Shown in pieces: positions 12,522 to 25,979 of a DNA stretch of 64,000 nt. The stretch's first letter is position 1. Every line of letters starts with the position of its first letter. Source of the DNA: the human T2T-CHM13v2.0 reference genome, Homo sapiens. The notes under the pieces are model-generated. The model saw only the letters and a program-made list of their open reading frames with translations. It had not been told where the DNA came from and ran no database searches. The stretch lies in assembly GCF_009914755.1 (NCBI RefSeq), contig NC_060933.1; one strand, written 5' to 3'. The translations under genes and the position numbers were made by a program.

Positions 12522-15500
12522 TAATAATGATATCTCTTCAAGGAGACTTTGTGAGCCTCTCATAGGAAAATGCATACACAGATGCATATAAATATATAAT
12601 CTTTCTTTTCCATACATATGATATTCTTTAAGGATATTCAAAAATCTGGAAACAGTTGCCTCCAGGGAGATAAATGGTAGTGGGTTGGGAAGCTTTTAAC
12701 TGTATACGCTTTTGTACCTTTTGCATTTTGAATCAGATGAATGTATAATCTACATAAAATATTAAGATTAAAACAACACCAAATAACTTATCAGGAGTTT
12801 GGTGAAAATAAGGGAAGGACACCTATGGTGGCTGTATTTTATTCAGTGTTGGTCACTGTTGGGCACTTCATAGAGCTTATTTCATTTCATCCTCACAAGT
12901 GCCATAGGAGGAAGGGGCCCCAGAGGGATTCATGGTTAGAATAGCAGAGTAGGGGCATTTGGCAGCTATATTCTGTGTAGGTGATAACTTTAAAGATATT
13001 TTTGTTATAAAATGTTTCAAACATACAAAAAATATAGAGAAGCAGTTTTCTATAGTTATTAAATATTCTTAATGGGTAGTCACAGAAATTATCATCCAAA
13101 GTGGGATATTCTTGAGAGAAAAAGGAGGTTCTATTTATAATTATGGTGGGATAACAAACTTAAGATGAACAGCTCTAGACAAACTGGGTTGTATGGTCCC
13201 TGGAAAACAAGGATTACTGTAAATGTGAGTCCCACCTTGTGCTTCTCTCTGTCCCACCAAGAAAATATGATCTTGATACAGATGTTCATTGTGTCAAGGC
13301 AACCATGGCAACCATGATCTAGATACACTGTTCAAGTTTTATGCTGATCCTACCTATATATGTCTCAGGAACTTTCCAGAGTTTCCTTTGAGTGCTTCTA
13401 AATTTTGCATAAATGGTATGTTGTCCCTTGTCTCTTTTTAAAACCAGTAAGCCATTTTCCCTTATTTTCCTGGAAAATTAAAGGAACAAAGACCAGGAAA
13501 TAACAATGTATTAGCTAACGTTCTGTTGATTGAAAGCAACAGAACCTAATTCTGGCTAGCTTAAACCATGCTAGGATTTAATGAAGAATACTGCAGAATC
13601 TTAGATATCTTATGACTGGGAAAGAGGAGGTTCAGGCAGTTCCTGGGATGTCAGCAACAGGTAGCTGTCAATTAACTGCCCCCACACCACCCACTGCTGC
13701 CGTCATCAATATAGCACACCACAATGGCTCCCAGCCTCTGTACGTCTGGGTTCCGGTGTTCAAATTCTAGAGACAGCAAGAGAAATCCCATTGAGTCAGG
13801 GATCCTTCCCTGGGTCACACTCCCTGCATATGGTCAGAAATGCAGGATTATGTACTAAAGACACAGCTAAAGAGGACCCACTTCACTGTTTTGGGACCAT
13901 TTGCAGGGGAGGCAAAATTGTGAGCTATGCACTTAAAGAGGTGATAAACATAAGTTTGCAGGAAAAAAAAATTGGAGAAGAGAAGGATAACACTATGCTA
14001 CAGTTTCTTCTGAAAATGGACGAAGGGAATAGCATTTCAATTTGGAAATTCTCTCCTGGCATTTCAATATTTATGGATTCTGAATTCTGAGAAAAATCAG
14101 TTGAGAAATTAGGAAAATGGGAAGGAACATTCTAATTTTCCTGTGAAAATTACAGCTTAATAGTCAGTATAGAGAACTTACTGGCTTGAAGAAATGCACT
14201 GACTTCAAGTCAAGCAAGATGAGGAAGCACTGACATGTGGAGATGAAAGTTAAGGTGAACAGGACAGGAGCAGTAATGGAGCCTCAGTCACACTTTCTTG
14301 TATCTGTTGCTGTGTTATAAGTGTGTGTTCATGGCCTTGTCCACTGCTAACAGTGAATCATTTCTGCAAATAAATATTAATGTGTTCATAGGCATAGTAT
14401 ATGTTTTACAAATCCTATGAGAGGTTTTCTAAGAAATGCCAAGTTTTAGAAACAAAATATGCCCTTAAATCGGCAATTTTGACAGTTGCTTCTTTCTAGT
14501 GCTATTCATCTTGCCAGGAGATCAGAATGTTATGTTATTTAAATGGTATTGGAGGGGATGATTGATGCCTTGTTTAACAATGTCATGTAAACAATGATTA
14601 AAGCATTAAGTATTTGTGGTGTTACCTTTCAATCTTTAAAGGACTTTTCTTTAGCATTCATTTTGTGATAATATTCATTTCTTTTTAATGTTTTCTCTAT
14701 TAATGCTATTGGATTTTATAATCTTGTTACAATATGTTGGCTCATAATAATAATAAATCATCATTTGTTATCATATCTTTTTAAAACAGAAGACTACTAA
14801 AACTTCTCATATAATCCTGTTACAGAAAAAAAATGACTATTTGCTTGTTATTATAGTCACTTATTATTTTTCAAAAACTTGTAAGTGAAGTGTTATGAAA
14901 ATCATATGAATTTTGGAATTCCCAAGCATTCTCAGAAATTCTATTTCCTTGTTCCCAAATCCCAATGATTAATATCTGCCAGGAGTCGGAAAACAGTGAA
15001 AGGAAGTAACATCCTATGTTGGATACCTGGTAGGGTTAGTGAAGAAACGTTATTGCTGAGCTCTGTGTTACGCTCACAAATGATGCCATTGAGGAAGTCA
15101 CACTTGTTGAAAGGAACGCAGATACACAAAGAGTTTTGCTGCTGTCTGTTGGATAAGAACCCCCTGGTCGATTTCAGCTCCTACTGCAAGTTAGAAAAAT
15201 CAATCCAATGATAAATGAAAAGTGACCAGTGTGCTGGGAAATAACTTATTTTTTGGCTTCAGAGGAAATTTTAGAAACAGTGCCAAGTGAAACGTAAAAA
15301 CAAACTACGAAGACGTTCATGAATTTCCCTCTGAAGCTGACAGCTGTATTTTAGCAGATGGAACTCCTACTATTAGCCCAACTCTTGGGTTGAAACAGTG
15401 TGTCCAGGAAACCCTATGTTAAAATGCAATGTGTTGGGGATATTGTTCCTCTATTTGCTTGAGTTAATTTTCAAATTAGTGTACTCTTGCTTAGCTGTGC

Positions 15501-16363
15501 TCTGAGGGAATGAACAAAAGATTGGTAAACTCTGATGGAGAACACTGGTCAGGCAGGGCACATAGAATCCCTGGGGATGGTGGTTCCTGACAAATGGGGG
15601 AGGAGGACCTGAGCCAGGCTTGGGCTGGGCTGGAGGAACATGAAGATGGGATCTACTCACAACCCCCAAAACTGAGGGCTCCTGATAACACATTATTTCA
15701 CCCTCAGCCATGCAAATTCATTATTTTTATGGATAAAATAGCTTTAAAAAACTAATTTACATTGAAATGTTAAAATATTTATATAGAGATTAGAAATATT
15801 TATATAGAGATTATTGGGAATCCCCTCCTAAAGCCCAAACATAAAAACTACCAAAAAAAAAAAAATTCCGTGTAGGCTAAGATTGCAAATGACTGATGGA
15901 ATGTAATTTAAATTAAACATGGAAAATATATTTCCTCTTTAATAAAGACCTAAATTCTATTCTTTTTAGGAGCCTTCAGAAATGAAATTCAACTATTAAA
16001 AAAGTATAGAGAAGCCTTTAGAAAAGAAACTTTTCTTTTGCTGTATTATATAATAAAGAACTTTGATGAGAATAGTTCTAAAGTGTTTAATAATCGATTA
16101 CACTGATGTTTCTAGGTATTGTGGGGAACACCTAGAAATTAAATCTTCATCTTTGGCAGATCAGAGGCCTATTAATTTTAGGTAAAACAATTAAAATCTG
16201 TTTTTAATAAATCACAAATTTTGCAAGTTAGCCATTAATAGTAAGCGCTTTTCAAAGTTGGGCCCAATACATGAAAAAGCCAGAAAAACATACCTGCATT
16301 AGTTTTGCCCATCACCTTCTTATGCTGGCCTCAGGAGATTTATTAACAGCATTCAATATTTTA

Positions 16364-16503
<140 letters not shown>

Positions 16504-16809
16504 TTTAGGTATCCTGTGGCTACCTCCAAAAACAAACTCCAGAGGAACTGAATTTTTTTTTTATTTCATGTGTTGGGATAATGGCTTCTTTTGCAGTTAC
16601 TTACGAAGAATTTAAGGGTCAGTAAAAATATTTTTTCATCCTTAATAACATGAATTCTCTAATTTGTATGTGATATAATGCTAGATATTGTGCCAAAAGT
16701 GTTACATAGACATAATCCATGCCCATTTTCAAAGATAATACTAATATAGAGAATAAGAATCATTATTATTGTAGTAATTATTATTTTAGTAATAGTAGTA
16801 ATAATCAAA

Positions 16810-17035
16810 ACAATTACATCAAACACTTATTAAACCCTTATTATGTGACAGGTACTGTGTAAGCAATCTCCACATATTAGCTCCTTAAATGTGATCACTA
16901 ACCCCATGAGGTAGGTAGCATTATGTCCGTTTTATAGATGCAGAAACTGAGCTTTGAAGAGGGAAAGCAACTTGCCCAAGGCCATGCAGGCAGTCATTGA
17001 TAAGGGTGGGAAGCAAGAAGTTGAAGTCTGAGATG
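16810..17035 (-). mobile_element. MIR
   Basis: Core TTTTATAGATGCAGAAACTGAG...AACTTGCCCAAGG. Confidence 0.75.
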
Positions 17036-18578
17036 TAAGTTCACAGACATGAGTACGCAAACGTGTACAAGATACTCGTATGACATGTGGGGTTGCTTGA
17101 AATATGTAATTGACTTTCCCCAGCACAAGAAAGTGTTTGGACAGATTTCAAAGGGATCTAACACTTCCTCAGAGGACTGCCCTACGACATTTTTCCGTGT
17201 GCTTTTCTGCCTCTTGTCCTATACTTTTGGCATTTCTTCTGCTCTTAGAGGCAATGAGTCAACAGCATATTTTTAGCACCTCCTGTGTGCATAGAAGTGG
17301 CCCCTAACTCAATGGGAGTGTATAACTACCATGGGCCAAATCAGTGTGCTTTCCTGTCAGCCAGGGGATTATAGAAGAACACGCTCCCCTGATTCCAACA
17401 GAACTTGCTGCCACTCTGATGTCTTCATTGTAAGGCCTCTAAATGAATGTTCAAGAAATTCATGTTAAAGGCACATGTCATATGTGTAACTTGTAAACAT
17501 TTGTGTACTTGTCTCTGTGTCCTTACACCTCAGGCTTCAACTCTTGTTTTTACCTTTATCAATGACTACCTGTGTGCTGTGTGGCTTTGGACCAATTGCT
17601 CACCCCCTCTAAAGCTCAGTTTCTGCATCTGTAAAATGGATATAATGCCATATATACATAGATATAGATATACATACACAAATATATATACACACATATA
17701 TATGTGTGTATATACATATATATATATAATATACAAACTGAAATATATAGTTATATAAATATTTCAGTTTAAGTTCCAAAAATCACTGGAGGGTATTTTT
17801 ATAATACCCTTCGGCAATTTTACCTGCTGCCTTTGCACATTCTGGTGAATTTCTAAATGGAAGTCTGATAGAGATTAATCTTTTAATGCATCATAAATAA
17901 AAAAGAAAATCACAGAATGATGTAGCTGGAGAGGACCCTGGGGATCTAAAGTGTTTCATGAAAGATTAATGTCCTTGATCTGTTTGTAAGTGTTTTGGAA
18001 AAATCTTCCATGGTCAAATAAAACTTGGCAATGTTGGATTAAAGTTAAATAGGTTTTTTTTCCTGCAGAACTTCATAGTCTTTAATATGCTAATGTGTTT
18101 TGTGAATCTACAAGGAATGAAGTATTTCAATACTTATTTTACCCAGATTCTCATTTTGGGACAGGCTGGTCAAGCTGAGTCAGCTAGTATATTCTCTAGA
18201 TGGAGATGATGGCTGATGCCTTTTTGAGAGCAAGAGAGTCCCCAGGGGAAGCAAGGGTTTATCAGTTGCTCCTATTTCATGCCAAGGATCCTCGGTCTTT
18301 AGAGGCTCAGAGAAGGCTGAAAGGCTACTCTAGGCTATCAGGGCTACCATTCATTGTGACCCATGCTACAGAGAAGCTTTGAGCTCAGTGCAAATGAGTG
18401 ACCAGCCCTTGAGAATCAGGAAAATTTATTTATTCCTGACCTAGTCCACTGAGGACATACAAGGAATGGGGCAGGGGAGTGTCACCAGCTATGGTTACAA
18501 GCTAGTCTGATTCTCTTTCGTTAAGAAAACTGGTCCCTGTGAGTTTAGATTGGGAAGCACCAGGTTAAAAAATTTTTA

Positions 18579-18650
18579 GGCCAGGAGTGGTGGCCACTGT
18601 ACTCCAGCCTGGGTGACAGAGTGAGAATCTGTCTAAAAAAAAAAAAAAAA
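18579..18650 (+). mobile_element. Mini-Alu: 5' terminus fused directly to 3' terminus and A tail
   Basis: GGCCAGGAGTGGTGG|CCACTGTACTCCAGCCTGGGTGACAGAGTGAGA...A16. Confidence 0.75.
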
Positions 18651-20071
18651 GTTAAGTGATGTCTTCTGTTGAGGACCTCTCAGAACTTTTAATATGAAAG
18701 TGTGCATTGTGAAGAATGGGAGTAGAGTGTACAGGAGTTTTAAAAGCTACTTGGTCATGAAACTCTTGCTTTGTGCAGGATTCGAGGGGCACTAACATTC
18801 TGAGGAAAATATTTTGGGAAACATTGATCTAATCCAAACTTCTCATTTTACCAGCAAACAACTGTGGGGCCCTCTAAGTTTCCTTTCTCCATCATTGTGA
18901 CAAATTCATTGGAATTAATTCAATTAAACCTGGGGTCAGCTTTGAAGAGATTTATTTAGCAGGTAAATCTGTTTTGTACATTTTGAGGGAGTTCTGAGTT
19001 TCCATAGTCAAAAACCACAGATCAACTTAACCAACCTTTATGAAATATCACCTATGGCCCAAAGACCCTTTAGCTACAGTGATGGTCTACAAAAATATAA
19101 ACTGTAATTCTTGCAATACAGGAGATTAGTAATAATGGTAAATATAATGATGATGACACCATGAATAGCTAACATTTATTGAATGCCTTTCTATTAGTCA
19201 GGCACTTTACTAAGTATTTTAATCCTCCCAACAATTTATGAGGTAGGGATTATAATAATTCCCATCTTATAGTGAGGACACTGAGGTTAGGAAATTATCC
19301 TAGCCTAAATGTTAAGTATAAGCATGAATAGAAAGGTGTTATCAGCCTATAAGACATTCCTTTATGAGTGATACAAAGTCCTATATAAATTCAGAGAAAA
19401 GAAAAGTGGTTTTAGAAATCCTTGATCAGTGAGTGTGAAGCACGTGGTGGCCCGGTTACTGTTTGGTTGCCCATCTGTCCTCCCTCTGGGGATCAGCACC
19501 CCCTTACTTTGGAAGAATTGTTTTCCTTTTCACTGTAAGGTTCTTTCTGGCTATGCGGTGGGGCACATTGCCTCAAACTAGCCCTGTTCCAGTCTTTGAG
19601 AACCTTGAAATTGGAACCAAGGGAAGAGGATTGCCTCTTGAATGGTAATTCTCTGAAATCTAGTCTGAGGTGCTGGTGCTTTATCCCTGGGTCTGTGGAA
19701 GGAGCTGGGCTGTGAGAGGGGAGAATGATGTTGATGTCAAGAGAGAGGCAGGTGCTAGGAGCAGAGAGATGGAGGCCTGGAGAGTTTCTGGGCTTCTCTG
19801 AGGCTTAGGGTTTGGATCATTGTCTTCGTTACTGGAACAAAGGATTTACCATACCTGCTCTTCTGGGAATGAAACTGTCCTGCTTTGCAAAAAAAAGTGT
19901 CATTAGAAAGAGATCTTAAAAACCCCACACCATAGACAGGTGCACAGATCCCTAGAAGTGTTAAAGTTCTGTCTGTTGGATGCTAAGCCAAGACTCTTAA
20001 GTATGTTCTAAAGAGAAACTGGTGTGTGTAGGCTGTGCACTCCCAGGGAGATAAAAAGTTAGGAATTTTAT

Positions 20072-20314
20072 GGGTTGGGCTTGGTGGCTCACACCTGTAA
20101 TCCCAGCACTGTGGGAGGCTAAAGTGGGCAGATTGATTGAGCTGAGGAGTTCGAGACCAGCCTAGGCAACATGGTGAAACCCCATGTCTACAAAAACTAC
20201 AAAAATTAGCTGGGCGTGGTGGCATGTACCTGTAGGCGGGAGGATCGCTTGAGCCCAAGAGGGAGAGGGTGCAGTGAGCCATGATTGTGCCACTGCACTC
20301 CACCTGGGTGACAG
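20072..20314 (+). mobile_element. Alu (AluJ-like, internal deletion, no tail)
   Basis: Sense Alu motifs. Confidence 0.88.
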
Positions 20315-20404
20315 GAACTTTATGGGGAATGGGATCTTGGAGACTGAGTAGAGACTAGAGGAAAAAAAAAAAAAAAACTACCTCCCCGACTGGCCACACT
20401 ATTC

Positions 20405-20720
20405 TTTTAAAAAAATGTTAATTGACAAATTAAAATTGTATGTATTTACGGAGGTATAATGTGATGTTATGATATATGTATACATTGTGGAATAATTAAA
20501 TCCAGAGAATTAATAGATTCATCACCTCAAAACCTATCTTTTTTGTGGTGAGAACATTTGAAATTTATTGTCTTAGCAATTTTGAAATACACAATACTTC
20601 ATTGTTAACTACAGTCACCATGCTGTGCTGTAGATCTCAACAAAATATATTCTTCCTGTCTCAACTAAAACACTGTACTCTTTGACAACATTTCCCCATT
20701 CCTCTCACCCCCTCCAAAAA
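20405..20720 (-). mobile_element. L1MA-like 3' end
   Basis: TTGACAAATTAAAATTGTATGTATTT...GTGGTGAGAACATTTGAAAT. Confidence 0.7.
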
Positions 20721-21742
20721 CACCCATTCTTTATGTTGAAGAGAATGGCTAAAAAGTCCCAGCAGGTTTCAACTGACGGCTTCAGTGGTTTTCCCATCAC
20801 ACTTCAATGTTATTAATAAAAAGGGGAGGGGCAACACATAATTCGGACAGGCTGAAAGTACCATTGTAACCACTTTCTTGACTTCACAGAAAAAGTCCTC
20901 TTGTTTTCATCTGTAAAATGGGAACTGCGTGAATACCATTCTTCTTTTCTTCAGCCTCCAAAGAAAAAACAGATGCAAAGCCTTTTATCAATTGCAAAAC
21001 AGTATACAATGTGTGTTATTACTCACAGTTGTCTTACTGTGACCAAACACTTTATAAGCCTGCTGCAAGTCAGCCTTACTCTCAGGAAGTGGACAATATT
21101 TGGGGAAGGAGAAGCAGCAGGATATTTCAGGACAGTAGCCTTGGTGGGTCCAAAAATTCCTTGAGAGAAATGGGAGATAGAACTTTCTTCCTGCTTTGGG
21201 TTTTATCCTGTTAGTCTTTTCTCTCTTCACTCTTATTTTCTATGGAGAATTTCCTGGTTTTGGAGTTTGGGTGCGTTTTATGGAGAGGAGGCAGAAAATC
21301 TTTAGCTCCAGCAGAATGAAAGGATACATGCAAAGGAACCTAGCACAGTATCTGGTACCCAGTTCTCCTTTAACTTGGCTTTATTCATTCACTCCTGGTA
21401 GGGCATTAATAAGGGATTTAGCCCCCTCCTATTGAAAACGATTAATTCAGGGAAGAGTTCAGACAGTGTGGACTGATACAGTGTAGGACAAGCCTGTTTC
21501 TAAGGCAGGAGCTGGGTAGGGAGGGTGAGAAGGGCGAGAAGAATAGGGAAATATGTGTCGTCTGTGTTGCTGCTGTTGCAACCACCACAACAAACAAACA
21601 AGTGAAAAAAAAAAGAATTGTCCATACCGGAAAGTGTGCTGTTTTGGAGGAGGCTGGGGAAAGTGTGGATGGCTTGAGTGGGTCCTGTTGGATTGAAGTC
21701 TGACAGTGGTGATTCCCTTCAACAAATGGTCGGGGTGGGAGG

Positions 21743-21744
<2 letters not shown>

Positions 21745-21804
<60 letters not shown>
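21745..21804 (+). repeat. (AC)30 microsatellite
   Basis: Direct reading. Confidence 0.97.
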
Positions 21805-21805
<1 letters not shown>

Positions 21806-22337
21806 ACGCAGCGCCCAGCCTCCGATTTCAGCGCTGGCAGGAGATAACCATTCTTAGCTCGCCTTTCCAGGGTTATTTTTGGCTGAGGCTGTTCGCTGAT
21901 GGCAAAAGGTTTCAGCCCCCTCCCAAATCCCTCCCCGTCCTTCTTCTAAAGAGAAACTGGTGCGTGTAGGCTGCGCACTCCCAAGGAGATAGGGAGACGG
22001 GCCGGGCGCCGGAGAGGAACCCGGACTCTGCCCAAAGTCTCGCCGCCCGCCGGCTGTTTTCTGGCAGAGGGTGTGTCCCGGAGGGCGGCGAGCGCGGGTG
22101 AAGGCTGGGGCCAGGCGCGGGTGGAGGCGTCACCGGGGTCGGGCTAGCAGGCCCTGGAATCAGGCTTTTGGGACATCCCGAAAGTGAGTCCAACTTGGGG
22201 AGAAACTGAGGGCACCTCGGGCGGTCTGGCAGCCGAGAAGGTGGGCGGGAGAAAACTTTACAGGAAGGCAGAAGCAATCTCTGCCGAGGGAGTCAGCGAG
22301 CGGCCGCGCGGAGAGGAGGGGCGGGCGGTCCCCAGGC

Positions 22338-22358
22338 GGGCGGGTGCAGGGCGCAGGG
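22338..22358 (+). promoter_or_regulatory. Canonical G-quadruplex motif upstream of the start codon
   Basis: GGG C GGG TGCA GGG CGCA GGG. Confidence 0.55.
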
Positions 22359-22491
22359 CGCCGACCTGCTGGAGAGGGGGCCCCGGGCGCGAGGCGGAGT
22401 CCCGGCGCGCAGCCAGGCTGGTGGGGGCCCCCGGCAGGCTGCAGATTCCCTCCGGCTCCGGGAGCCGCAGCAGGACCGGCCAGGAGGCGCC

Positions 22492-22752
22492 ATAGAGGGG
22501 AGCCCCATCCCGGTGCTGACAGTGCCCACCGCACCCTACGAGGACCAGCGGCCGTCCGGCGGCGGGGGTCTGCGGCGACCCACCGGCCTCTTCGAGGGCC
22601 AGCGCAACTACCTGCCCAACTTTATCCAGAGCGTGCTGTCGTCCATCGACCTGCGCGACCGTCAGGGCTGCACCATGGTGGTGGGCAGCGACGGCAGGTA
22701 CTTTAGCAGGACGGCCATCGAGATCGTGGTGCAGATGGCCGCGGCCAACGGG
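22492..22752 (+). pseudogene. PGM5P: PGM5-like exon 1 coding part (codons 1-87), initiator mutated ATG>ATA
   Basis: GCGCC ATA GAG GGG AGC CCC ATC CCG GTG... through ATG GCC GCG GCC AAC GGG, followed by donor GTGAGT at 22753. Confidence 0.95.
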
Positions 22753-23275
22753 GTGAGTGTCCGGATGCCCTTCGCTTCCCGCCGCGCCGTCGCCATGCCC
22801 TCTCCTAGCCCTTGTCCCCCTGCTGCCTCCGGGCCCAGTTGGGAGGCCCCTGCCCGGCCCCGGCTTTGCTACCTCACTCCCGCGTCCTCACCCTCCAGCG
22901 CCCCACTCCCGCCGCGCTCGCAGCCTCCCCGGCGCACCCCGGACACTGGGTTCTATTAGTACCCACCGCCCCCAAAAGCCTTGAGGGGTTTCCGTCGTTC
23001 CTGGAGCCACTCCGGGCGCCCTGGACTCTTCTCTGACTCTGCGCACATCCCGCACCTGCTCATTTTTCTTTCGGACATTCTCTTACCCGGCCCTGTAGAT
23101 TCCAAGGCAGCTCCCAGTTTTCCATATTGTTCCCAACGCGTTCACTGCCCACAGTCCCCACACAAACTTCTTTCGCAGGCTCACAACATAGTCCTTCTGC
23201 CCAGTGCCCTTTTTGCAATAATCTGCCAGTCCCCTAAGTCTTAGCTCTGCCTATTTAACAGTAGTGGTGTCTCAG

Positions 23276-23276
<1 letters not shown>

Positions 23277-23326
<50 letters not shown>
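23277..23326 (+). repeat. (AC)25 microsatellite
   Basis: Direct reading. Confidence 0.97.
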
Positions 23327-23328
<2 letters not shown>

Positions 23329-25211
23329 TCCCTGACATATTTGGCAAGAGTAGGCCCTGAAGGTTTTTAATATTTTGGTTCTTTAACCCAGTGGAATTAC
23401 TGAATGATTTATTTAATTAGGGTAGGGATGGAGTGGATCCATTTGTTTGATGCTAAACAGCCTGAGCTCGCAGTTCCCAGGGGGCATATCTCTAAATGGT
23501 CTGAAATGAGATTTGCAGTGGTTTTCTTAATGCAGTTCCCAACTTCTCTCCAAATGCCTTTTGACATTTGACAACATTTCATGCCTCTTCCCCTTTCGGT
23601 TTTCATCCTTGTTTTCTCTCCCTTCTCCCACGAACTCGGTAGTCTTCTGCAATCCAGATTCTCAGACTTCGGGTTTTTCTCCCTCTGCCCCTTTCCTCTC
23701 TGTCCTATAACTAGAAGCACCTTTTGGCATAGACCCATATCCCAGTTTCCTCTTTCCCAGGTCCAGCAGCATCTCAAGGACATCTACAAGAGGGATACCT
23801 AATTTCAGGGGTCTCTGAATTATATGTGGGAAACATCGTCTAAAAAAGTAATTTTATCCTTATTCATGTAACCAGACCCACACTCATAGAACTTTTCTTT
23901 AAGGGGAGTGTCTTGCAGATGTATAAATGAGTGTTAACATCTTTAAAAGCGAAACTGAACAATTCCCTGGCATTTGAATTCCCTCCTTCCTTCCCAACCC
24001 TCTCCTTTTCATTTTCTCATTTATTATTAAAAACAATTTTAAAGGATCTCCATGCTTCATATTTATCTACTATAATTCCTCCTTCTTGGTGTTGCAGGGA
24101 TGGGGAAAGAGGATTTTTTTAAAAACACAATAAAAAGCAATTGGGAGAAACAGGGCCAGTGGTGTTGGGGTGGGTAGTGGAATTGTGATTTTTGACTCCA
24201 GTAGACAATGATGCTGGATATATGGGGTTTGATTTCTCTCTGCCTCCTCACTTGGGATTGATGAAGTTTGGCTAGAATCAGGGAGTTGAAGAGAGGTTGA
24301 CAAATGGTCTTTCACTCTTCTCTGACAGGCTGTTCCTGTGGAGTGATGGAGAATAATGAGCCTTGGGAGAGCTATGGGAGCTCTCATACTCCTTCCCGAG
24401 CCAATTTTTTAGGGAGTGAGAGAAACATGGCCTGTCCAATACTTGTTGTGGGTCAGGATATTTTTGAAGCTACGGTTGTTGATTTGCATGGGAAAATTAT
24501 GTCTTATTATTTCTTGTCCCACTTTACCATAAGGGCTCCTCAGCTTCTTACTTCAATGGGCCTTCTATGACAAACACACTTTATTAACTCTAAGAGTGGA
24601 ATTTATTTTAACAGATAATTAGCATAGGTCAATATATGCTTAAAATAGAGTCAAATTAAACCTACTAGCTGTTATAAAGGACAGATGACAAATTAAAATC
24701 CACATAGAAGCATCGACTCTTAAATAATCTGAAAGTACTACTTCTAAGAGGGGTGGGCATGGGTGAAGGGAATGGTGGACATGTTTCAGAATTTCAAACA
24801 GCCAACTTTAACCAATCTTTTCCTCATTTTGTTCACCTTCTTGGGGGCTTATGCTAAAGTGAAGTGAATAGCCATAAGGCTGGCTTCAGGAGAAAGGTGG
24901 TCTAAAAGAACTGGATAATTATAAGCAAAATTGGTCTTGAATGATTGAAAATTGATGAGAATGTGCTTGTCTCCTGATTTGGCATCCTGAGTTAGACTCA
25001 GGAATACTGAACTTGGATCCCAAAGGCTTTGGTCTTTTTTGATATCCTATTGGATAATCATAAGCAGGCTAGAAAAATAGAAAACTAGAATTTATTCTTT
25101 TTGAACTGACAAATCTGACCAGTGGGCTGCATTCTCTATATCTGAAAAATCTTGGTTTTGATGGAAAAAGTTAATTTTAAAAAGCAATTTTCATTTTTTA
25201 AATTAAATTTC

Positions 25212-25493
25212 ATTTTTTTTTGAGACAGGGTCTCACTTTGTTGCCCAGGCTGGAGTGCAATGGCACAGTCTTGGCTCACTGTAGCCTTGACCTCCCCAGA
25301 TTCAGGTGATCTTCCCACCTCAGCCTCCTGAGTAGCTGGGGCTATAGGTGCATGCCACTACACACAGCTGATTTTTGTGTTTTTACTACTCATAGGGTTT
25401 CTCTGTGTTGCCCAGTCTAGTCTCAAACTCCTGATCTCAAGAGATCTGCCTGCCTTGGCCTCCTGAAGTGTCATGAACCACCATGCCCAGCCT
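25212..25493 (-). mobile_element. Alu (AluJ-like)
   Basis: Antisense Alu. Confidence 0.88.
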
Positions 25494-25979
25494 ACAAAGC
25501 AATGTTCTAGGAAAAACTAGTTACTCTTTGATTATGTAATTGCTGGAGAAGAAAAACATGGCATTTCTAAAATGATGAACTGTATTACTTATATTTTAAT
25601 ATCTCATAAAGTTTGAAATAGACATTTCAAACATAAACATGTATAAAAATTTTTATAAATTAAAAATATAAAATCAAAAACATTTTAAAATTATTTTATT
25701 ATAAAATTATTATAGAATCAAAAACATTATAAATTTAAACAACTTTTTAAAAAATTTATTTTGGGATTTCCCATGGAGTGATGGAGAATAATGAGCCTTG
25801 GGAGAGCTATGGCAGCTCTCATACTCCTTCCTGGGCCAACTTTTTTAGGAAATGGGAGAAATATACCCTGTTCAATGTTTATTGTGGGTCAGGATATTTT
25901 TGAAGCTATAGTTGTTGATTTGTTTCAAACTTTAAAAAATTTATTATAAAATTATGGGATGTAAAAAAATTTATTATAA

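Larger units (their letters stand above)
21805..23060. promoter_or_regulatory. CpG island / promoter spanning exon 1, with GC boxes
   Basis: Dense CpG and high GC against an AT-rich, CpG-poor background; GGGCGG motifs around 22240-22345. Confidence 0.9.

Noticed and set aside
21442-21969. VCVC/THTH ORFs
   Set aside because: Translations of the (AC)n repeat.
22160-23244. Many overlapping 70-150 aa ORFs around exon 1
   Set aside because: Expected in GC-rich island DNA lacking stop codons; only the PGM5 frame up to 22752 is supported.
24339-24486. Duplicated hairpin unit as a snoRNA
   Set aside because: No proper C box (RUGAUGA) with D box (CUGA) pair and no clear H/ACA architecture.
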